A stretch of DNA of 64,000 bases from Nitrosopumilaceae archaeon (GTDB lineage: Archaea; Thermoproteota; Nitrososphaeria; Nitrososphaerales; Nitrosopumilaceae), in assembly GCA_965208905.1 (NCBI GenBank), contig OZ242365.1, positions 1,280,001 to 1,344,000 of the forward strand, in the 5' to 3' direction. The translations under genes were made by a program, and so were the position numbers. Positions 50,745 to 61,688 of the stretch are shown here, piece after piece. The notes below the pieces were generated by a model. That model saw only the letters and a program-made list of their open reading frames with translations, had not been told where the DNA came from and did not search any database. The number at the start of each line of letters is the position of its first letter. Position 1 is the first letter of the stretch.

Positions 50745-50902
50745 CGCGTCACCGGCAGTTAGTAAACTGGACTTTATTTGCTGGTAAGTAAGTAATATTA
50801 TCAGCCCATAATATTACCAGCTGACAGATCACGTCTAATATATTCCTGAGTTAGTAATATAATAATCATTAAACCTTAATACATTGGCAAATATACGTCT
50901 GT

Positions 50903-52033
50903 ATGGACAGAAGCGACTTTGGCAACCCGTTTGGGGTACTGATGGAAGAGTCGGACTATCACGCGTTCATTCCCGGCAGGATCCCGCCGAAGATTGAGTA
51001 CGATAATATCTTGGTTGGTGAGATAAACAGGACCGAGAGCAGTCTGGGCGAGCTCAGAGCCACGGCAGAATCGTTTCCCATACCCAAGGCGCTGGAGAGA
51101 CTCTTTGGAAGAATGGAGGCGGTCAAGAGCTCAAGCATAGAGGGGACGACGGCATCATTCCAAGACACTCTGAGGTGGGATCTTGACCAGATGTCATCAG
51201 ATGAGGCCCGACGCCTACGCATGAGAGAAGTACTCAACTGTCGATCTATACTACAGAAGAGGTGGCCGGACGCTAGGTCTGGTGAGCAACTGAATAACAA
51301 CACCATAAAGGTAATGCACCGCTCTCTGTGGCATGATATGGAGGGGGAGGAGATGTTCTCCGGTGAGTACCGCCTGCACCAGAACTGGATCGGGGGAGGG
51401 GGAAACGTGGACGATGCAACATATATTCCGCCCCCGCCCCGATACATTCCCACGCTGATGGATGAATTGGAAGCGTTCATCAATGATCCGGTCGGGGTGC
51501 CCGGCCTTTTACAGTGCGCTATAGTACACTATCAGTTTGAAGCGATACACCCATTCCATGATGGGAATGGGCGAGTTGGTAGGATCATGCTGTGCCTCAT
51601 GCTGTCGGTCCATGCGCAGCTTATCTGGCCGCTGGACATAAGTACGTACATTAGGCGTAAACAGATACAGTACCAAAACAGCCTGTTCAGGGTCAGCACC
51701 TGTAGTGAGTGGTATGGGTGGTTCAGGTTTGTCTTAGGTGTAATCCAGGATGTCGCTACCGGCTCCATAAGAAGAATACGGCTCCTTCAAGAGGAGATAG
51801 AACGATGCAAGGGATTGTCAAGTACTAGTAACGGTATTGAGCTGGTAGACATGTTGGTGGAGCACCCAATGGTTACAATTCCACAGATCCGTGCCCGCCT
51901 AGGTATGTCATACCCGGGAGCCAAGCACCTAGTCGAGACATTTGTGGAGATTGGTATACTGACGGAGCTCCACACCAAAAGGAAGCCTAGGTTGTTCTTT
52001 GCTCCTAACATAATGAAGCTGGTTCATGATTAG
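50903..52033 (+). CDS. Fic-family protein with N-terminal inhibitory helix and C-terminal wHTH
   Basis: HPFHDGNGRVGR; SSSIEG motif; YR..QNWIG. Confidence 0.93.
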   Translation: MDRSDFGNPFGVLMEESDYHAFIPGRIPPKIEYDNILVGEINRTESSLGELRATAESFPIPKALERLFGRMEAVKSSSIEGTTASFQDTLRWDLDQMSSDEARRLRMREVLNCRSILQKRWPDARSGEQLNNNTIKVMHRSLWHDMEGEEMFSGEYRLHQNWIGGGGNVDDATYIPPPPRYIPTLMDELEAFINDPVGVPGLLQCAIVHYQFEAIHPFHDGNGRVGRIMLCLMLSVHAQLIWPLDISTYIRRKQIQYQNSLFRVSTCSEWYGWFRFVLGVIQDVATGSIRRIRLLQEEIERCKGLSSTSNGIELVDMLVEHPMVTIPQIRARLGMSYPGAKHLVETFVEIGILTELHTKRKPRLFFAPNIMKLVHD

Positions 52034-52146
52034 CCGTCGGGCATCATACGTGGACAGGGTGCGCTGCCAAGTTTTCTGGCAACCACCTCGCTCTGACAGG
52101 CAACCAAGCAGATGGTAATACTGTGTCCGTACGACCTCTCCTGATC

Positions 52147-52257
52147 CTGCTTTCTGAGCACGGCGGCCTGTAGCCTGTCTCTGGACTTGCCGGGGTGTTC
52201 GCGCCTGTATGTCTCTTCCAGCTCGGATCAATGCACCCTCAATAGGTATCTTCTCAT
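52147..52257 (-). pseudogene. Probable IS630 transposase N-terminal remnant
   Basis: MRRYLLRVH*SELEETYRREHPGKSRDRLQAAVLRKQ resembles the pre-HTH segment of IS630 transposases. Confidence 0.4.
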
Positions 52258-52510
52258 CTCTTTACCAGTGTCTCCTTTGGCATAGGTGGTAGACAGGCCG
52301 AACTCACAAGATTAGACTTTAGTAAAAAGCGAATAGAATAATCCCCCATAGACATACACTAAGTTGGGTCTGGCAAATATGCTTGATTAGGCTAATGTCT
52401 GTTTGGATGGTGGTGACCGATTACAGTCGGTCTGACTACTACTAAAAGTGTCCGAGTCGCTACTATCTAATTTTGGTTACAAACCACTCACAAGTCTGTT
52501 GTTGAGTTTT

Positions 52511-52558
52511 TTGTAATATATATTACAATAATTTATATTATGTAATGTCTATTACATA
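52511..52558 (+). promoter_or_regulatory. TATA box flanked by two TGTAAT-N4-ATTACA palindromes
   Basis: TTGTAATATATATTACAA 52511-28, TTTATA 52532-37, TATGTAATGTCTATTACATA 52539-58. Confidence 0.65.
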
Positions 52559-52564
52559 TTTAGT

Positions 52565-52981
52565 ATGAAAATAACATTACTTGAAGATTTTGACAAAATC
52601 TTTGAGCAGATATTCTCAGGAAACTGTTACATGGCACCATCACTGTGCTACTGCCATGATGCGACCAACTCTAATAACATACCGGACATACAAACGTCTC
52701 AAGGCAATACAATACAAATAGACACTATTCACGACAAAGAGAATAATGAGATAAAGCTAGTATCAGAAATACCTGGTGTCGAAAAGAAAGACATACAGGT
52801 TGTCGTCGATGACAATGTTGTCTCAATTGATGCTGTTCGTGATGAGCGAAAGTATCATGCTCATATACGACTTAATCAGTCGCTGTCTGGCGATGTTAGT
52901 GCTACATACAGGAATGGAATCCTAGAGATCACCTTGGGTCTAAATAGCAGACCAAAAGGAAGAGAGGTGAAGGTAGAATAA
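52565..52981 (+). CDS. hsp20: Small heat-shock protein Hsp20
   Basis: EIPGVEKKDI, ATYRNGILEI. Confidence 0.9.
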   Translation: MKITLLEDFDKIFEQIFSGNCYMAPSLCYCHDATNSNNIPDIQTSQGNTIQIDTIHDKENNEIKLVSEIPGVEKKDIQVVVDDNVVSIDAVRDERKYHAHIRLNQSLSGDVSATYRNGILEITLGLNSRPKGREVKVE

Positions 52982-53021
52982 CCTTCTTTTTTTATTATTT
53001 TTATGGGAGTGTATGGGGTGA

Positions 53022-55172
<2,151 letters not shown>

Positions 55173-55206
55173 CATAACTGTGAAAAATAGTAACAACTCA
55201 TACCCT

Positions 55207-55504
55207 GTATATACAGTTTCATAACAACCTGACGGCTGCCAGTTATGTATATCTCATCAAACACCTGCACCGGCATTACCATGCGAAAGTGCTGGACGAC
55301 GCGTGTGATGACATAGAGATACTGCACCTGCCGCCCCACACCCCGCAGCTCAACCCCATCTAGGCAGAGTGGAGGAAAGTAAGGGCGGCCATCGCCGACA
55401 TCTTCTTTGATGGCCTGTACAGTATGCGGAATGCCATAAGGCAGATTATTCGCAACGGGGAGATGACAATAGTTAAAATGTTTGACTGGCTGCTGGTACC
55501 ATAG
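55207..55504 (+). pseudogene. IS630 transposase C-terminal remnant
   Basis: ..HLPPHTPQLNPI*AEWRKVRAA..; catalytic Glu position is TAG; LDNA region appears deleted. Confidence 0.75.
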
Positions 55505-55755
55505 CGGCCCGATGCGTCTTGGAACTATCCCGGGGCCGGAAGTGGCCTACCCGTCTTCCGCAACCAGCTCTCTACAGGCGATGGGGCGGTAATGTCTATC
55601 TATTCATTCTGAGTTTTTCCATTCTTTTTGACGAGTACCATACATGACAATCCGGGTGCTTGGGAATGGCAATCGTATTTTTGAAGCCATACAATTTTGG
55701 GCGTAGACCTACCGTTCCTTTAGATCATCTGTGATAGTACGGCACTTGTGCGGCC

Positions 55756-57691
55756 TTATGGTGGCAGATCCGCGGGAGCAAGTATGTCCGACACATAATA
55801 TCCTGACCCAAATATCAGACCATCGTGCATTACAAGCCATGTGCGCTTGGTCTCTTCGTTGCTTGTTACCGGATTTATATGGTTATAGGCGACCCATGTG
55901 CCGGTTCCACGGCTGATTGCATCTATAATGTCTTGTGTGGCGAGCACCTCTGTAATGGCGCCCCAGTCTGCGACCTGTCCTATCAGATTTGGATTTACGT
56001 TCTGCGCCAGTGTGGTTCCTGTCTGCGGGTCGACTACAAAGAGATATGTGGCGAGTGGTTCGTCCGGTGTAGCATCAAATGCTGCAATGGCGGCATCCTT
56101 ACCCTTGTCCTCATATTGAAGTACGCTGCTAAACGTCACGGCCTGCACCTGTGAGTCCAGTATGTAATAACCCGAGCCAAAGACCAGTCCATCGTGCAGC
56201 TGCAAGTATGTGCGCTTTAGTTGCTCTACACCCGTAGCCGGATTGTGGAATGTGTACGTAAGCCATATTCTGCCGTTCTCTCTTAGCTCTGCAAGCACAT
56301 CATCAACCGACCTGCCGGATGTGTCAAGTATGGTCTCGGGTTGTCCCACCCTGGCAGGCACTACCCCATCGGCCAATCTGGTCCAGGATGTGGCGTTTAT
56401 CACAAACGGGTATAACGCGTCGGTAATGACAGGTTGTTTAGGCGTTATGATGTCAACCCACGCGTTGTTCTCACGGTTCGACTCGTAGATAAACCTAGCA
56501 TAGTCTGTCACCGACTGAGTATCAGCATCTGCAACGGTATATGGTGATAAGAAGATATAGTCATCATGGAAAATATACCATGCGCGTTTGATCTGCGTTA
56601 TACCGGTAAAAACGTCGTAAAATGCAACCTGTGTCCACCATGAATCTCCCTCCTCGAGTTGGTCTAACATCACATCGTTGCCCGTTGTCGATAGGGGGCG
56701 AACAGACCCGGCTAGACTGGGTACTCCCCCATGTGCAAGAATGTGTGTCGAGTTTGTCGCCACAGGATACATATCAATATGGTTAAGCATGCCCGAAGAA
56801 ATGACATCAAAGCCCGTCTCGGGATTGTTTCTGTATGTATAGATAGTATCGTCTACTACTGATTGTACCCGAATATCTGGTAGTGATATGCTTGCACCAA
56901 ATATGTAGCCATCATACAATATGATATACGAATGAGTGAGCTGGTCAGTCTGGGTTGCTGGATTTCGTGACATATGCCACACCCAGATACCGTCCTCATG
57001 AGACTGTAGCTCTTCTTTGATGTCTTGCAGAGATTTGTCGGCCATATTCAGGTAGGGGCTGATGGTTCCCACCAGTCCGGGCGCCCTTCCATGAGCCTCC
57101 ACCTCCAGCGTTGCGGCATTAAGCACAAAGGTCGACTGTGTCGATAGGGGATCGGGTACATCCGGTGTTATGATATCAAAGGCAGCAATACCGCGGGCCA
57201 TATACAGGATTTTGGCCGAGTCTGCCAGAGACTGGGCCCTGAAGTCGTGCGGATAATAACCCGAGCCAAAGACCAGTCCATCATACAGGTAGAGCCAAGT
57301 ACGTTTGAGCTGACTCACATCGGTAGCCGGGTTGTGGAATGTGTACGTCACCCATACACTGCCCCTTACCTCTAGTTCATCTAGCACATCTGTAACAGAC
57401 CTTGAGGAGGTATCAAGTATGGTCTCGGGTTGTCCCACCCTGGCAGGCACTACGCCATCGGCCAATCTGGTCCAGGATGTGGCGTTTATTATAAATGGGT
57501 ACAGCTCATCTGTTATGACGGGCGCCTCGGGGGTGATAATATCAAAGGCACCAACACCATGTGTCTCGTACAGCTGCACTGTATCCTCTATAAATTGTTG
57601 GACCTCAGAGTCTGGCAGGTAGTACCCTGCGCCAAATATGTAGCCATCATATAGGTGCAACAGTGTGCGCTTTGTCTGTGGCTGTCCGTTG
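55756..57691 (-). pseudogene. Multi-Cache-domain protein, 5'-truncated by the IS6-like element
   Basis: About five repeats W..Y.F.NP.T...QLKR.....DG.IFGSGYY; frame runs open (NGQPQTKRTLLHLYDG) into the TIR with no true start. Confidence 0.75.
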
Positions 57692-57782
57692 GGAACTGGT
57701 GCATCTTGGTGACCTAGTGTGTGGTGGTGCGTGGGTGACCTGAGTTGAATTACTCAAATTAAAATGAAATGAAAAGGGGGAT

Positions 57783-59027
57783 TTATGCTGTGGATTTAGT
57801 TGCGGCTTGAATGAGTGTCATCCATTTGTTGTTACCTTCAACGGTAATACCTGCGGCCTCTGCTGGGGTTATTTGATTCGGTAATCCCAAGTGGGGTTTT
57901 ACAAAATTGTGATATAATCGCAGTCCAGAGATTATGCCAGAGTCTTCACGCTTAAGGCCACGGCACACTTTCTCTCTATGTCGCAGTGTTGCTCCGTTGA
58001 ATGATTCCATTTGGTTGTTATGATGTATGCCGTCAAACGCCACATCATGAATGTGTTCTGTATCTTTGTGTAGGAAGTTCTTTGCCTTGTATTGTTGCTT
58101 CCATGCATGATGGAAGTTAGCCGCTTTATCACTGATTAATGTGGTTGGGACTTTGCCTGTTACTTTTTTGGCTTGTTTAAACATGGGTGCCACATCATCA
58201 TTGCCCTTGTGTTCTGCTACCATCTTGGCTATCCAGAAGCGTGTCTCACTGTCTAGCATGGCGAATAGGTACTTTCTATTACCCTTGATTTTCAGATATA
58301 ACTCATCGGTACGCCATTGTTCACCAACTTGGGGTTTAATCTTGTCAACGAAGGTTTCCATCAGTTCTGCGTATTGTTTGCCCCATCGTTGTATGGTAGT
58401 GTGTACTACTGTAATACCAACCATCTTGAGTGTATTGGCCACCTTCCGTGAGGATAATCCACTAAACAGGAGATCTACTGCTTGAGTGATATGTTCAGGT
58501 GATGCCTGCTTCTTTTCAAATCCTAGGTTTTGGATAAATCTCCTGCCACACGTCCTGCACCCGAACTGTTGTTTGCCACGCTTAATACCCTTCTTGATAA
58601 TATCAGTTGAGTCACAGAATTTGCATTTTGTAAGGTCAACAACCTTGATAGTAGTGGTAACTTCCTCTTGGACGGCTGCCCTCATTCGCTTGCTAATTTC
58701 GATTGCATGAGCGTGCTTGCATACAACACCCCTGTACATTGAATCGGGACAGGAACAAACCCATCCTGATTCTGTATGTATCACCTCATAGACTTTACTA
58801 GAGGATTGACTTCTTACAGTATAGGTTGTATCATCTATTCTGGTTATCTGATTAGGCTTGCCTGCTATCTGCGCACCCCGTGTGATTCTAGCCGCCTGAC
58901 CGGGGCTATGGTTCTTATGGGGTGATAAGATAGTAGGCTCAGAGTGCAATTTGCTCTTCATTGGGATGGTCGAGATCCCTCTGACTTTCTTTTCATCATC
59001 GCCATACTTTGTTATTGTTTTATTCAT
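57783..59027 (-). CDS. IS6-like DDE transposase with SWIM finger and Zn ribbon
   Basis: CSCPD..CKH, CKFC..CRTC, WRTDE, ISDK, NNQMES. Confidence 0.9.
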   Translation of the reverse strand: MNKTITKYGDDEKKVRGISTIPMKSKLHSEPTILSPHKNHSPGQAARITRGAQIAGKPNQITRIDDTTYTVRSQSSSKVYEVIHTESGWVCSCPDSMYRGVVCKHAHAIEISKRMRAAVQEEVTTTIKVVDLTKCKFCDSTDIIKKGIKRGKQQFGCRTCGRRFIQNLGFEKKQASPEHITQAVDLLFSGLSSRKVANTLKMVGITVVHTTIQRWGKQYAELMETFVDKIKPQVGEQWRTDELYLKIKGNRKYLFAMLDSETRFWIAKMVAEHKGNDDVAPMFKQAKKVTGKVPTTLISDKAANFHHAWKQQYKAKNFLHKDTEHIHDVAFDGIHHNNQMESFNGATLRHREKVCRGLKREDSGIISGLRLYHNFVKPHLGLPNQITPAEAAGITVEGNNKWMTLIQAATKSTA

Positions 59028-59105
59028 GTATGTTATTAACGGTACGGTTATTTAACTGTTGCCAAAACCGCACGGTTTTTATATAGACATGTCTGTAATG
59101 TAATA

Positions 59106-59294
59106 ATGACGCGATGGAAAAAGAACGAGACAGAGTTCAGAGTCAAGATGCACCATTATAAGAACAGGGACGGCTCCGGCACATCAAGTTGCCGGATTCC
59201 CAGTCCTATAATTAACTACATGGGAAAGCCCAACGAATTGATATTTGTGATCAATAATAAGACGGGGGAGGTAGTCGTAAGTGCAGGTGACTAA
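59106..59294 (+). CDS. Small AbrB/MazE-like putative DNA-binding protein
   Basis: G..S.RIP.PI...G....L.F pattern; divergent from the transposase; overlaps the MTase start. Confidence 0.55.
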   Translation: MTRWKKNETEFRVKMHHYKNRDGSGTSSCRIPSPIINYMGKPNELIFVINNKTGEVVVSAGD

Positions 59295-60342
59295 AACACT
59301 GGCGTATGAACCAGATGCCGTATCTGACTTTGACCTGCTTATGGGCGATTCGGCAGACGTACTGACACGATTTCCGGATAATTCGATCAACTGCACCGTC
59401 ACGTCCCCACCGTACTGGGGACAACGCGAGTATGACACAAAAGACAGCATCGGACATGAAGGTTCGTTTGATGAATACATGCAACACTTGATATGCGTGT
59501 TTGACCAAGTGTATAGGGTAACGGCAAAAGATGGGTCGTTGTGGCTCAACATCGGGGACAGATACCACAACAAGAATCTCATGGGTATGCCTTGGAGGGT
59601 CGCGCTTGCCCTGAAGGATCGGGGATGGATACTGCGCAATGACATAATTTGGAACAAGGTACGCATGACTCAGAGCGCAAAGGACAGGCTCCGTGACCTG
59701 CACGAGTATGTGTTTCACTTCGTCAAGAATCCAAAATATTACTATAACAGGAAGGCTATACTGATCAAGCACGACGAGAAACCCAAAAGACGTAACGGTA
59801 GACTTGTGTCAATCACAGGTACAAGTGGGATCCGTTACAGGGAACAGATACGACTGTCAACGCATCTCTCAGACACGGAAAAACAAAACGCAGTTACGGC
59901 ATTGGACAATACACTACACGACATGGCAGACGGCAAGATTGTGGATTTTCGCATGGCCATACGCGGACAACAAAGAACGTCACATGGTTCCAGTGAAAAG
60001 ATCAGTGGTAGAGCAAAAGAGATAGAAAAGTACGGATTCTATGTCATATCGCAGAGTTCGGAGGGATACATGCCTACCGACTTGTGGAGTATCGTACCGG
60101 AAGACACACACCGAAAAGACATACACTGCGCGGTATATCCAACTACCCTCTTGGAGATCCCGATAAAGGCGACATGTCCACCGGGAGGACTCGTACTAGA
60201 TCCGTTTACGGGAACTGGTACTACTATAGTGGCCGCCCTCAAGCACGGCAAGCGTGGTATAGGCATAGACGTGAGTAGCGCTTATCTTACACATGCAGAA
60301 AACAGGATAAAGACATTCCAGCAGACGGGACTAGAATGTTGA
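59281..60342 (+). CDS. Beta-class amino-DNA methyltransferase (N4mC likely)
   Basis: TSPPY before DPFTGTGTT; LRNDIIW, HEY, H.AVYP. Confidence 0.93.
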   Translation: MQVTKTLAYEPDAVSDFDLLMGDSADVLTRFPDNSINCTVTSPPYWGQREYDTKDSIGHEGSFDEYMQHLICVFDQVYRVTAKDGSLWLNIGDRYHNKNLMGMPWRVALALKDRGWILRNDIIWNKVRMTQSAKDRLRDLHEYVFHFVKNPKYYYNRKAILIKHDEKPKRRNGRLVSITGTSGIRYREQIRLSTHLSDTEKQNAVTALDNTLHDMADGKIVDFRMAIRGQQRTSHGSSEKISGRAKEIEKYGFYVISQSSEGYMPTDLWSIVPEDTHRKDIHCAVYPTTLLEIPIKATCPPGGLVLDPFTGTGTTIVAALKHGKRGIGIDVSSAYLTHAENRIKTFQQTGLEC

Positions 60343-61176
60343 GACCGGATCACTTTTGTTTATTTTTGCCCCTATGATTTTTTTGGCGTCCTCATAGTTG
60401 ATGAGCAGGTTACCATCAACTGCAAACGAGAACAAGAGATCAACCCACCTCGTGGCCATAATCTTCTTTCTGCGTATGCGGTATCGTTTATCTTCTTCTA
60501 CAAGTGAGTACAGGAAAAACATGAATGTCTCAGTAGAGTAGGACTTGATCTCATGCGTTTGTATCTTGAATTTCGATGTGAACTGCTCCCACAACTCGTC
60601 CTGCATGACGGCTATATATGGCATCTTCCATTCGTCGAACAACTGTCCCTTGAAGATAAACTGTGGTAGAAATCCCTTGAAGGACGCAAGCGTATTTAAC
60701 CCAAATGTGTAACTTTTTTTGAGCCTATCATTTAACAGGTCATCTATCGCAGTCGCAAATGATCCCGTACCCGTTGTGGCATCGGACTGTATCTCTACCC
60801 CTATGAACCTGTTTGGGTCTCTGACCGGTGTTAATATCCAGTCAAGATTACCGTAATCAAATCTCTCGTTGTCTGTCTTCTTTGCCAGTTTGACTTCGTT
60901 GCGTGCGTCAGTTTGTACCTCGGATCCCCAAATAAAGTCTCGTATTTCGTGCAGTATCTTATAATCGTCCTCATAAAATCGCCGCGGGCAGATGATCCTG
61001 TTTCTGTCTCCCAGACATGCAGAACAGTTGCCGTATTTCGATGCAGTTCGGTTGGGCTTGTCACACTGGACGATGCGCCTGTCAAACGGACACCCATAAT
61101 CGCGGTTGCGAAAGCGGGCCTTGGCCACGTCTGAATCGAATTTTTCGCCAAACGCCTCCAACTGTCTATTTGTCAT
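60331..61176 (-). CDS. NotI-like type II restriction endonuclease
   Basis: EAFG, CPF..C.K...G.CS...ICPRRF Cys4 cluster, EV, GNLD, GVEIQ nuclease core. Confidence 0.8.
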   Translation of the reverse strand: MTNRQLEAFGEKFDSDVAKARFRNRDYGCPFDRRIVQCDKPNRTASKYGNCSACLGDRNRIICPRRFYEDDYKILHEIRDFIWGSEVQTDARNEVKLAKKTDNERFDYGNLDWILTPVRDPNRFIGVEIQSDATTGTGSFATAIDDLLNDRLKKSYTFGLNTLASFKGFLPQFIFKGQLFDEWKMPYIAVMQDELWEQFTSKFKIQTHEIKSYSTETFMFFLYSLVEEDKRYRIRRKKIMATRWVDLLFSFAVDGNLLINYEDAKKIIGAKINKSDPVSTF

Positions 61177-61644
61177 GAAATATGTTGACTGACTTGTTTA
61201 TAATATATCTTGAGAGTGTGTGATATAATTCCCGGGGATTCCTAGGTCACCCACGCACCACCGTACAACAGGTCACCAAGATGCACCAGTTCCTATTTCG
61301 TGCAGTATCTTATAATCGTCCTCATAAAATCGCCGCGGGCAGATGATCCTGTTTCTGTCTCCCAGACATGCAGAACAGTTGCCGTATTTCGATGCAGTTC
61401 GGTTGGGCTTGTCACACTGGACGATGCGCCTGTCAAACGGACACCCATAATCGCGGTTGCGAAAGCGGGCCTTGGCCACGTCTGAATCGAATTTTTCGCC
61501 AAACGCCTCCAACTGTCTATTTGTCATGAAATATGTTGACTGACTTGTTTATAATATATCTTGAGAGTGTGTGATATAATTCCCGGGGATTCCTAGGTCA
61601 CCCACGCACCACCGTACAACAGGTCACCAAGATGCACCAGTTCC
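60943..61644. repeat. Tandem duplication of 351 bp (60943-61293 = 61294-61644)
   Basis: Identical by eye; each copy ends at the TIR terminus CAGTTCC; yields the truncated REase copy 61273-61527. Confidence 0.95.
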
Positions 61645-61688
61645 AAAATAACGTTACTGATATATACTTTGATTCAATAGCATCTGTT

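Larger units (their letters stand above)
57692..61644. mobile_element. IS6-like cargo transposon carrying a type II R-M system (50-bp TIRs; right TIR present twice)
   Basis: 57692-57715 and 57723-57741 are perfect reverse complements of 61270-61293 and 61244-61262 (repeated at 61595-61644); no TSD. Confidence 0.9.

Noticed and set aside
61226-61233. TAATTCCC matching the TnpB-element terminus inside the R-M transposon
   Set aside because: An 8-9 bp match in an AT-rich promoter region could be chance
61273-61527. 84-aa ORF as an independent gene
   Set aside because: Truncated REase copy created by the 351-bp duplication
61632-61688. N-terminal extension of the radical SAM ORF
   Set aside because: That ATG lies inside the TIR; 61689 is the plausible start
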